Assembly: GCA_951406725.2 (NCBI GenBank)
Contig: OX597834.1
Location: 44,206,001-44,270,000, forward strand
Length of the DNA: 64,000 nucleotides
From: Octopus vulgaris
Taxonomy: Eukaryota
Direction of reading: 5' to 3'
Made by a program: the position numbers and the translations under genes. This document shows, in pieces, positions 18,229 through 28,975 of the stretch (its first letter is position 1; the number at the start of each line of letters is the position of its first letter). The notes beneath the pieces are model-generated. The model was not told where the DNA came from. It saw only the letters and a list, made by a program, of their open reading frames with translations, and did no database searches.

Positions 18229-18783
18229 GGACTGACAGATGGATGTATACAGATATTTCTATAAAGACAGATATTTGTAGATAATGTCACATAATTCTAA
18301 ATTGAACTATGAACACGATCCGGTGCCGGTGTGTGCTTGAACATGTATGAGTGCAAAGATATTTGTGTCTGCAAGTATCTATCTTAAATTCTATGTTCTT
18401 ACATGCTCATGTGTTTGTGTAACTCACGCTTTTTCTCGCGCTCTCCCCCTCTCTCTATATATATCGTGTATCTATATTCATCTACACATGTCTATGTGAA
18501 TACATATTTATGCATATATATGTGTGGTCTCTTTTATATATATATATATATATATATATGTATACACACGCGCAGAAACACATACATGCACACAGACGTT
18601 GTCAAATTCATGCACACGTCGATGTCGAAATATTTTTTCTTGCGTGTCTTGAGATCGGTGATTCACTCTTTCACTCGTTGTGTGTGCACGAGTATGTGGT
18701 GTTGTGAAGGTGTCTGGTAGTATCACAATTTTGTGTGTGTGTGAGATCGCAGACATTTTAGGATTTTTTCTTAGTATTTATAC

Positions 18784-18824
<41 letters not shown>

Positions 18825-19260
18825 TAAACACACACATATATATAAATATGTATACATATATATGTGTATTTATGTATGTATATGACACGATGTACTTGTA
18901 TTTGTGTTCTTTTTTCTTTTTAAAGTTATTCAATGTCAGAAAATATGTCAATACTAAGTAGACAAGGGGGGGATAATGTCTTGCTTGCATCTGGTCAGGC
19001 AACCAGATGAAAGACGTCTGTGTGCTAGTTGTCATAGTTCTCTGTGTTGTGTGCGCTGCACTTGCGCGTATTTGCCTCAAAATGAAGAAATAAATACATT
19101 TCAATGGACCTTGTGTGTATGTATGTATGTATGTACCTGTGTATAATGCATATTTAATTTTCATATACATGCATACACACATACACACACCACACACATA
19201 TATATGTAACATACATAAATATGTATATCGATATAATATAGTGCGTACACTCACACTCAC

Positions 19261-19316
<56 letters not shown>

Positions 19317-19906
19317 GGACGTACATACATACCGTCACACACATACATATATACAAATATAATACATACATATATACATACACGTATATAGACATACATA
19401 TATTCGCACATACATGCATATAAACAAACATACATACAAACGTAACACGTACATACACACACGCACGCACACACACATATATATATATTCGCACATACAT
19501 ACAAGCATACATACATACAAACATAATACATACATTCATACAAACATAGAAACATACATACAAACGTAATACATTCATACATATATACATACACACACAC
19601 ATATATATATATAGACATTCGCACACACATACAAACATACATACATACACACATAATACATACACAGACACATACATATGTACATACCTGCATAAGCATA
19701 TCTATGTGAACATTACTGATTTGCACACATTTCCTTTCAGTTTGTGTTGACCCATTTTTATATATTTTCTGTTATTAATCCCGCCTCCATTTTATTTATT
19801 TATTTATTCATTTTTGGGAATTTACCATTGTAGCATCTTCTCATCTGTCTCCCTACTTGGGATTATAATTATAATTATTATTATTTCCATCATCATCATC
19901 ATCATT

Positions 19907-19995
<89 letters not shown>

Positions 19996-19996
19996 T

Positions 19997-20027
<31 letters not shown>

Positions 20028-20854
20028 GTCGTCGTCGTCGTCATCATCATCATCATTATCATTATTATTATTGTTATTATTATTGTTGTTGTTGTTGTTG
20101 TTGTTATTATTATTATTATTATTATTGTTGTTGTTGTTGTTATTATTATTATTATTATTTTTATTATTATTAAGTTGTGATATTTACTGTTTGCTCGTCT
20201 GCTGCAGTCACCTGTTCATCTCCCACCACCAACACCACCACCACCACCACCACCGCCGCCGCCGAGGCGTCGACCGGCTGTGTGGTTTGAATCATGTTAT
20301 ATATATGAAAGCATCAACGTGCTCAGATTTAGTCAACAAATGTCAAAATCTCGTGGCAGACTACCGACCTCCTCACTTGAAACACACGCAGCCACTCTCT
20401 TTCGCTCTTTCTCTCTCCCTCACCCAAACACACACACACATATGGCCCTTGGGTCTCTATATAAGATTTTGTTGTTAGAATTGTATGCGCAACACAATTG
20501 GTAATACTTCTACAATACATAAACAATTCCAACAAGTTTTTGAATATTCAATTTAAAAAGATATTATAGAATTTTTAAAAATCGAATGGCTACGAGGGTC
20601 AGCCCAGATAAAATAGGATTGAAAGGGGTCCATGGGTGAAGAATAGCTTGAAACCACTGGTTGACAGAAACGTCTTAGTGCTGAGGTGATGGGTTCTACA
20701 CGAAGTATGGGGTTTCAAGGACATGACAAAATTTGTTTTTAATGGAGTGCAGAGCGTAGAGAAGTTGGCCGGGTCGTACGCCGCTGCAAGCCGACATGTT
20801 GTCCCGTCATCACCGCTATCACTTGACAGCCGGTGGCGGCTGCAGCGAGCCACA

Positions 20855-20966
20855 GGCCATACGCCTCCGGCCTTACACCACCAGCCGTACGTCGCCAGCA
20901 GTATGCCGTCGGCCTTATGCCGCAGGCCGTACGCTGCAGGCTGTACGTCGTCGGCAATACGCTGCT
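20855..20966 (+). repeat. Degenerate GC-rich 14-bp minisatellite, 8 units (consensus about GGCCGTACGCCGCC)
   Basis: ggccatacgcctcc ggccttacaccacc agccgtacgtcgcc agcagtatgccgtc ggccttatgccgca ggccgtacgctgca ggctgtacgtcgtc ggcaatacgctgct; isolated ninth unit at 20772-20785. Confidence 0.85.
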
Positions 20967-21613
20967 GACACGTTACTGTTTCCCGACAGGCGGGTCGGTC
21001 AGCGGATGCTACCCGAATGTGTGTGTCTGTGTTGTTATGTGCTTCTCGCCGGTAGGTGAGCCCGTGTCCGTCGCTTTTTATTGGTGTCTTGTCTTCCGAA
21101 GTGAGTTGAGCAAATCGCAGTTACTACAAGTGTAGATTTAATAACAACATTTTTTTTAATGGCCACTCTGTCCATGCTCTGACATAGTATTCAACAAAAC
21201 TCTATAGAAAGAGAGTGCACATGTCCTGAGTACAACGAGTAAAAGCATTTATCGAAGTCGCATCGTAGAGTCTTGATTGTTAGATACTTTTAACATCATA
21301 GTATACTCCACGCTTTGCACCGAAGTTACAGATAAATAGGTTAACTGCTGGAATTACAACACTTAAATTCTTATTTAAATAATACAACAGAAGATTTCTC
21401 TATTTGTTTCCGCAGACAGACGCGCACACCTTCCACAGACCCGCGGACGCATTCACACACACACTCCACATCCCATACACATGTGTATGGACATACACAC
21501 ACACACACAACAAGCACAACCAAGAAAATCTCACCATACTTACGTATACATGATGTGTACATACCCTCTGTTTCTTCTCTTACATAAACATATGCACATA
21601 TAAATAAGCCTAC

Positions 21614-21676
<63 letters not shown>

Positions 21677-22351
21677 TGTGTGTATGCACATGTATACATA
21701 CACTCTTTCATACATAGAATCACACATACACGTACGATCACGCATATATATATATATATATATGCATACGTGCACACACAACCATTTAGACCAAAGAATC
21801 GCCGTCTTCTTGAGAAAGAGAATATATTATAAATGACTAATAGTGTGTGTTTTACCGCCGTTAATCTAATTGATTAAAAGCCTTTCCTGTATTTTCTTAA
21901 TGATTCACCGAATTACTATTGATTGCATTACCGCTCCTTAAACTTCAAGACAATATTGTCTCTCTCTTCCTTCAATTAACAACCAAAATTGCTTGCCAGA
22001 GATAATGTTTTAACGAGGCAATCATCCGTCTTGAATATATACAAACATCACGAATTAATGTGCACTGATAAAGTAGCAAAGATATGATTTAAAATCTTTA
22101 CTTCATGTTATTTATTGTCTCCATTAACTTGTGGCATTCCTGGTGTTGAAGGTAATCTCTCAATATATTTTCAATGGAAATTATAACCAGTTCTGATTTT
22201 GTTGTGATGTTTTGTATCCGAGACGCCAGATGTAAAAAAAGAGTGAAGTGGAAGACGAAGAAATGGGTAATGGCCGAATGTGATATGTTTCGGGAGATTT
22301 TGCTCCTTCATCGGCCCATTCTATCTAACCTATTAATGACTTATTACATAA

Positions 22352-22470
22352 AACGTCGCCCTTTTCAATCCTAGCCAGGTTCATGGGCCCGGTTTCCCGG
22401 TTTCTGTGGCATATGTGTTCCCCCCCAGCTGGACGGGACGCCAGTCCATCGCAGCGTTACTCAAGAAACA

Positions 22471-22529
<59 letters not shown>

Positions 22530-22698
22530 TTGTGGCGAAAGAGTACAACAGGGGTCGCCACCACCTCCTGCGGGAGCCTCGTGGAACTTTTAGGTGTTTT
22601 CGCTCAATAAACACATACAACGCCCGGTTTGGGAATCGAAACCGCGATCCTCCGACTGCGAGTCCGCTACCCTAACCACTGGGCCATTGCGCCTCCAC
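22352..22698 (-). mobile_element. SINE family A, full length, 15-bp TSD
   Basis: Reverse complement of the 4644 copy with an internal (GA)n expansion; TSD TGACTTATTACATAA at 22337-22351 and 22699-22713. Confidence 0.92.
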
Positions 22699-22752
22699 TG
22701 ACTTATTACATAACCATTACATACAGCGGTTAAAGGTTACTGGTTATACTAA

Positions 22753-22900
22753 TCTCTCTCTCTCTATAAAATTCTTTGTCTGTCTGTCTGTCTGTTTCCT
22801 ATGCATTCTCAAACAACTCGACCAAATCAAATCAAATTTTAGTATTAGATCCTGCGAGTGTCAACAAGTAATTTTTATTTGGTTAAACTAGTTTACATAA
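22753..22900 (+). mobile_element. Possible 5' end of a non-autonomous Helitron/Helentron-like element
   Basis: TC...TATAAAA, then (GTCT)n, then ttcctatgcatt..aaacaactcgacc.aatcaaa..aaattttag, resembling the typical 5' layout of such elements; no 3' end recognised. Confidence 0.4.
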
Positions 22901-23245
22901 TACACAATTACACCATTAGTGTAATTCAATGTTCTGATGATTAATAGAGGTCATATTAAATGTTGCCACCCATACTGAATAGGGGGAAGTGTGTTGTGGG
23001 GATGAGGTGTGGGATATTGTACAAATAAAAATTACTTCTCAATTTCTTCGTTGTAAGCGACTGATAAGATGACGATGGGGGTGAACGGGCTGTCGTCTCA
23101 AATATTTTTTGTGCTGAGGTTTACTCCAATAACTACACAGAGGCAGCATTTCAAAATTTTGTCAAACGGAATGAATTTTGTGTGGAAAATTTCCCAGAGT
23201 TGTCTTCTGTAGAAAAGATTGCTGCTATGTGAGTTTTTTTAAAAG

Positions 23246-23283
<38 letters not shown>

Positions 23284-23297
23284 GTCTATCTTCTTTA

Positions 23298-23341
<44 letters not shown>

Positions 23342-23350
23342 GATCTATCG

Positions 23351-23398
<48 letters not shown>

Positions 23399-23421
23399 GT
23401 CTATCTATCTATCTATCTTTA

Positions 23422-23461
<40 letters not shown>

Positions 23462-23470
23462 GATCTATCG

Positions 23471-23510
<40 letters not shown>

Positions 23511-23524
23511 GTCTATCTTCTTTA

Positions 23525-23568
<44 letters not shown>

Positions 23569-23587
23569 GATCTATCTACCTACCTAC

Positions 23588-23664
<77 letters not shown>

Positions 23665-23900
23665 AATCAATCTATCTATCTATCTATCGATCTATACCTA
23701 TGTATATATATATAAGCACACACACACATACACACATGTACAAGTGGCACCGTAAAGAATTCCCGTATATTTTAATAAATTTAGTTTAAAATTGAACAAA
23801 AATTTGTAGAATGCGTTCTTCTGTTTGACCAGAAAAGGATCAGAAGGTCATAGCTGTAATGCCTTTGACCAAAAGTCTGCTCAATCAGTCTTCACATGGA

Positions 23901-24365
23901 ATTTACTCTCTTACTCTTTCACTTGTTTCAGTCATTTGACTGCGGCCATGCTGGAGCACCACATTTAGTCGAGCAAATCGACTCCAGGACTTATTCTTTG
24001 TAAGCCTAGTACTTATTCTATCGGTTTCTTTTGCCGAACCGCTAAGTTACGGGGACATAAACACACCAGCATCAGTTGTCAAGCGATGTTGTGGGGGGGG
24101 ACAAACACAGACACACAAACACACACACACACACACACACATACACATACACACACAACACACACACAACACACACACACACATATATAAATACACATAT
24201 ATGACGGGCTTCTTTCAGTTTCCGTCTACCAAATCTACTCACAAGGTTTTGGTCGGCCCGAGGCTATAGTAGAAGACACTTTCCCAAGGTGCCACGCAGT
24301 GGGACTGAACGCGGACCCGTGTGGTTGGTAAGCAATCTACTTACCACACAGCCACTCCTACGCCA
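23901..24365 (-). mobile_element. SINE family C (tRNA head, internal TA/TG microsatellite, conserved 3' arm), full length
   Basis: Head ggcgtaggagtggctgtgtggtaag, ggttcagtcccactgcgtggcaccttggg, 3' arm ...ccagcatggccgcagtcaaatgactgaaacaag. Confidence 0.88.
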
Positions 24366-25315
24366 ATCAACAATGAATACAACAGCTGTGCCAGAAGCAA
24401 AGATCATGCTCATTGAATATCAAATTGTAATGATCTCTGTTGCCGTGACAACGTTTATGCTGTAACAGAGCCATCGTCAGCAGCACCTAGGAAAATTCTT
24501 GGAAGCAGTACGGACTATAGAAAAATTTCGTAGTATTTAAGAATGCAAAATGCAAAATAACGCAGGTTTGCATAACGATCGACACTATCTGCGATTTGTC
24601 TCTTGTACTAAAAAGAATCTTTAAGAATTTAAGACTCTACAAGTTGTAATAAGATTTTTTCATATTCGTTATTGCTTGTTTTATATGACACTTTTCTGTT
24701 ATACACAAGCTGCAGCACTTTCACGTTTGTGGAATGACTTAGTTCTGTCTAGGATAATCAATATAAAATTTCATCCGCACAACATTACTCTGTGTACCTA
24801 ACTATCACCATCTCCCACACTCTAGCATTATCCCCACCCAGTAAGAGTGGCCACAATTAATAAAAAACAGAATCAATCATTTAGATAATGAGTTTTATTC
24901 CTCTCGATTCGAGTGTAATTAATATTAATTAAATTTTCTTGGCTCATTACTTTAAGAATGTTGCCATCATCTTAGTCTATTTGCTATTTTTTTTATGCAG
25001 CATTCTTGCCTGGCTATTTCCTCTCTCATTATTTTAAATTATCACACAATTCAGTGTTCAATCACTGAAATCCTATATTCTCCCCGGTTTTCCTAACGTC
25101 TGTCAGGACGTGATAGTCACTATTCTACTGATAAGGTCTCACGTGACTGACAAATATTCAGAGTTGTCACCATACGGACCAAATATCAGACACACTTTTC
25201 TGCTATTTTACTCTTTTTATATTTTTAAGTAAATTCGGATTCACAAAGTAATTGCATTCAGTAGCAATACAACGATTACTCACACACACGCATAAATAAA
25301 TAAATTAATGAATAA

Positions 25316-25379
<64 letters not shown>

Positions 25380-25382
25380 TTA

Positions 25383-25457
<75 letters not shown>

Positions 25458-25640
25458 ATATATACATAAATACACACATATATATATATATATATTATTA
25501 TTATTATTATATTTATACTATATTGAGGGTACTACCATTCGTAGATACCAACACGCTAAGAGGGACCAATGCGGTCAAAACTACTAAAAATAAACAAAAT
25601 TTTACCGAATGCAAAACTTCAAAACACATCATTTTAAAAA

Positions 25641-25717
25641 GAATTCAGTTACATATCACATGTGATTTCGCATTTAATGCAGAATATGCATTTCATGTTC
25701 ATCAGTGCAACAAACTC
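25641..25717 (-). ncRNA. Type I hammerhead ribozyme, copy 1 (predicted cleavage between 25654 and 25653)
   Basis: Minus strand: GAGTTT GTTGCA [CTGATGA] aCAT ga AATGCA tattc TGCATT aa ATGc [GAA] ATCACATGTGAT A TGTAAC t GAATTC. Canonical core, extended stem I, 12-nt palindromic stem III, AUA triplet. Confidence 0.85.
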
Positions 25718-26137
25718 AAGAAATATAAGAGAAAAACATAACATTACAAGCTCGATAGCCAACCGTAGAATTCGACGTAGCATGTACGAATGTTTATCTT
25801 TACATATCTATGAAAATGGCGGGCTTATTCGCAATGAATTTCGGTAACAAATTGTCTAGTCGGAATAAAAATTCAGTATTGAACTATTCCGGTGAAAAAT
25901 ATAAATTAACAATTGAGGATAAAATCTTTAAAAGAAATTATCAGTAGTCAGCGTGAAAAACCTCGTAAGAGAAAAAATCCGTAAATTCTTCCTCTTTGAA
26001 AATATTAATTCATATTATATTGAGGGTACTACTATTCGTAGATACCAACACGCTAAGAGGGACCAATGCGGTCAAAACTACAAAAATAAACAAAATTTTA
26101 CCGAATGCAAAACTTCAAAACACATCATTTTAAAAAA

Positions 26138-26214
26138 GAATTCAGTTACATATCACATGTGATTTCGCATTTAATGCAGAATATGCATTTCATGTTCATC
26201 AGTGCAACAAACTC
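26138..26214 (-). ncRNA. Type I hammerhead ribozyme, copy 2 (predicted cleavage between 26151 and 26150)
   Basis: Identical to copy 1, offset by exactly 497 nt. Confidence 0.85.
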
Positions 26215-26258
26215 AAGAAATATAAGAGAAAAACATAACATTACAAGCTCGATATACA

Positions 26259-26304
<46 letters not shown>

Positions 26305-26397
26305 TATATATATATGTATATATACATATATTCATACATATATAAATATATATATATATACATACATATTAATATATATATACATATATATATAAAA

Positions 26398-26530
26398 GAT
26401 TAATCAGCCGAAATTGCTAGGATGATCCGGTTCTTGACTGAAGATTGAAGGCTTCGAATGTCCCGTCCGTGTTTTTTGTATCGTCTTCTAAATGTTTTAC
26501 GTTCTTGTCCCAGTTTGTATTTTTCTACAT
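26398..26530 (+). repeat. (TA)n-adjacent dispersed repeat, homologous to about 41410-41545
   Basis: Shared cagccgaaatt(t)gcta.gatgat.cgg....tgactgaagattgaaggcttcgaatg...tccgtgttt; both copies end in (TA)n. Confidence 0.7.
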
Positions 26531-26568
26531 ATAATATATATATATATATATATACATATGTACATATG

Positions 26569-26624
<56 letters not shown>

Positions 26625-26670
26625 TATGTTTATACACACACACTTACACACACACACACACACACACACT

Positions 26671-26706
<36 letters not shown>

Positions 26707-27077
26707 CACGTGCTTTTCTCGGACAATATTTTCTTCTTTCCGGACTTGTTCCCTTTTTCTCCTTCCTCGTTCTAACGAAAAGCCACACTCATCACATCAC
26801 ACCCTCTCTCTTCCCCATCTTAAACCGTCAATCTAATATATTCACAGTTTACGTCCTTTAGAAATGTTGTCGATCGTCCTGTGTTTGCCTTTGGTTTTAT
26901 TCTTACCAGCCATCACTGTTTTACCTCCTTGTTGTTTGACGCATCGTTTTAAATCTAAGACTTCGTTTTCCTGTTGTTTTCAGAGAATTGTGTGTGGGTC
27001 TCAAGGAGGTATGACTACTATTTCTAGGAAGTTGAGTGATCATGAAAGATTCTTTATTGGTTAGCATTAGTAGTTAT

Positions 27078-27380
27078 GTGGAGGTACATGGCCTAGTAGG
27101 TAGAGAAACAGTCTCGCGGTCGAGGGATCGCGGGTTCGAATCTCAGACCGGGCGATGTGTGTGTTTATGAGCGAAACACCTAAGCTCCACGCGACCCCGG
27201 CAGAAGGTAATGGCGGACTTCTGCTGACTCTTTCGCTACAACTTTCTCTCACTCTTTCCTCCTGCATCTTGCAGCTCACCTGCGACGGACCGGCGTCCTG
27301 TTCAGGTGGGGAACCTATACGCCAAAGGAACCGGGAAACCGGCCCTTATGTGCCAGGCGTGGCTCAAGAAGAAACAAACA
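27078..27380 (+). mobile_element. SINE family A variant, 12-bp TSD
   Basis: tRNA-like head (ggttcgaatc B-box), same body; TSD ATTAGTAGTTAT at 27066-27077 and 27381-27392. Confidence 0.88.
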
Positions 27381-27464
27381 ATTAGTAGTTATATAGAGGT
27401 TTAGCTGAGACGGAGCAGGTCACCGTAGACGTTCCTCCGTTTTACCGTTTACAATATACGACAC

Positions 27465-27700
27465 TTATTTCTTTATTGCCCACAAGGGGCTAAACATAGA
27501 GGGGACAAACAAAGAGATTAAGTCGATTACATCGATCCCAGTGCGTAACTGGTACTTAATTTATCGACCCTGAAAGGATGAAAGGCAGAGTCGACCTCGG
27601 CGGAATTTGAACTCAGAACGTAGCGGCAGACGAAATACCGCTAAGCATTTCGCCCGACGTGCTAACGTTTCTGCCAGCTCGCCGCCTTATCCCAGCTCGA
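27465..27700 (-). mobile_element. SINE family B, full length, 15-bp TSD
   Basis: TSD TACAATATACGACAC at 27450-27464 and 27701-27715. Confidence 0.9.
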
Positions 27701-28002
27701 TACAATATACGACACAAACGTGTGCGCTGATGCGTGACTTAAGAGAACCACTACTACCACCACTATTAATATTCTTATTACATTTTCTTTCCTTTTTTTT
27801 GCAGAACTCTTTTGTGTGAAGTCGCGAAACGTCACGTTCAAGTGATGGCTGCTTCCTTTCGTTTTAAATAATTGATTTTACATTAGTGGAAGTTTCAATG
27901 CGAGAAACGCGAAGTTAAACCTTAATATCAACTTTCAGCAGTGTATTATTAATTATATTGTTACAAATTGCTTGAGAGTTTTATTTATATATATATATAT
28001 AT

Positions 28003-28564
28003 ATATATTAATAAAAAGAATTCCAACCTTGTCTGATTTTCACGTTTTATTTACAATCTTATAATGATATATTATAAGATAATATATTATAATTGAATAA
28101 AATAAAATGAAATAGTAGAATGTTAAATATTCATTCTGATTGAACTAGTACTTTCATGCATTGAATTCTGCAATCTTCGGGTTCATGTAGTAGTGTTGAC
28201 AGTCATGCTTCACAATTTTTGACTGTAGCAAGATGAGTGATTCTGTGCTATAAATACAGCTGGGTAGGCTCCAGAGTGCTAGGTTTTGCAAACTGTATTC
28301 TGACCAATCAGTGTGTAGTATCACTCAATTACTTAAGCTGATTGGTTGGTTGAGCTGATTGGTTTAGGCATCACGCTTTGTTGGACAGGTCAAGAGTCCT
28401 GTATCTTGACCCTGGCCGAAGCAGCAATTGTTGGGTTATTTTTAGAAATGTTGTAAATATCCTTTGTCAGAGATTTTTATATTTTTATATTTCAATTGTC
28501 ATCATCATCATTGTCAGCACCTTAATTATTGTTGCTAGTGGTGATGGTGGTGGCAATAGAACTT
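28003..28564 (-). repeat. Left (inverted) pseudo-LTR of the PLE, 562 bp
   Basis: Reverse complement of 31325-31886; end coordinates sum to 59889 at both ends, and no mismatch was seen in the segments compared by eye. Confidence 0.93.
28141..28185 (-). ncRNA. Hammerhead ribozyme motif in the left (inverted) pseudo-LTR
   Basis: Exact reverse complement of 31704-31748. Confidence 0.75.
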
Positions 28565-28975
28565 CATGCACACAACATGAACAAAAAGCACAAACAAAAT
28601 AGATATTGTTTTGAACAGACCATTAGCAGTAGAAATAACAGGAGATCATTTTCAAGACCTCAACAGAGATTACCCACAAGAAACTGGACAAAAAACCGAT
28701 CTAGATCTAGAAGTAGACCCAGATCATTTCTCCAGGTGGTTAAAAACAATGCTAACAAGAAATTGAAAAGTAGCATACATAATACCAAAAACAAGACAGA
28801 AAACATAACGAAACCAAGTAAAGTACCACAACCAAAACGCAAAATTCATCAAGCAAACATCAACAGGAATATAAATCATAACCAGAAAAAAATCCATTTT
28901 TTTACGTCAGGACAACAAACACCGGAGAAAGAAAAAATCCAAGAGGAAACATACCCCAAACAACTGAACGTATAG
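28565..28975 (+). CDS. Remnant of a basic, Arg/Ser/Asn-rich upstream ORF of the PLE; overlaps the RT frame, which is -1 relative to it
   Basis: Open frame from the inversion junction to TAG at 28975 (RSRSRSRPRSF..., K/N/R-rich). Its 5' part is replaced by the inverted pseudo-LTR; it overlaps the RT frame over 28882-28975. Confidence 0.55.
   Translation, partial: HAHNMNKKHKQNRYCFEQTISSRNNRRSFSRPQQRLPTRNWTKNRSRSRSRPRSFLQVVKNNANKKLKSSIHNTKNKTENITKPSKVPQPKRKIHQANINRNINHNQKKIHFFTSGQQTPEKEKIQEETYPKQLNV

Larger units (their letters stand above)
25519..26254 (-). mobile_element. Retrozyme-like non-autonomous element: ~239-bp direct repeats with 497-bp period, each holding a hammerhead
   Basis: 25519-25757 and 26016-26254 are near-identical (one substitution and two 1-nt indels seen), separated by about 258 bp of unique spacer; no recognisable ORF; flanked by (TA)n/(TTA)n. 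Confidence 0.82.

Noticed and set aside
20855-20966. Regular array considered as CRISPR-like
   Set aside because: Contiguous 14-bp units with no spacers, eukaryotic context, no cas genes.
24441-24486. Minus-strand CTGACGA tggct..agc atAAACGTT
   Set aside because: Lacks G12 and an adjacent stem I; at most a decayed HHR, single copy here.
24380-24620. Possible piggyBac Cys-rich C-terminal relic
   Set aside because: Only scattered Cys codons in broken frames; no TIR or TTAA site identified.
28378-28602. Duplicated ORF MLDRSRVLY... (also 31311..31511 minus)
   Set aside because: Consequence of the inverted pseudo-LTR; non-ATG start and no recognisable domain.
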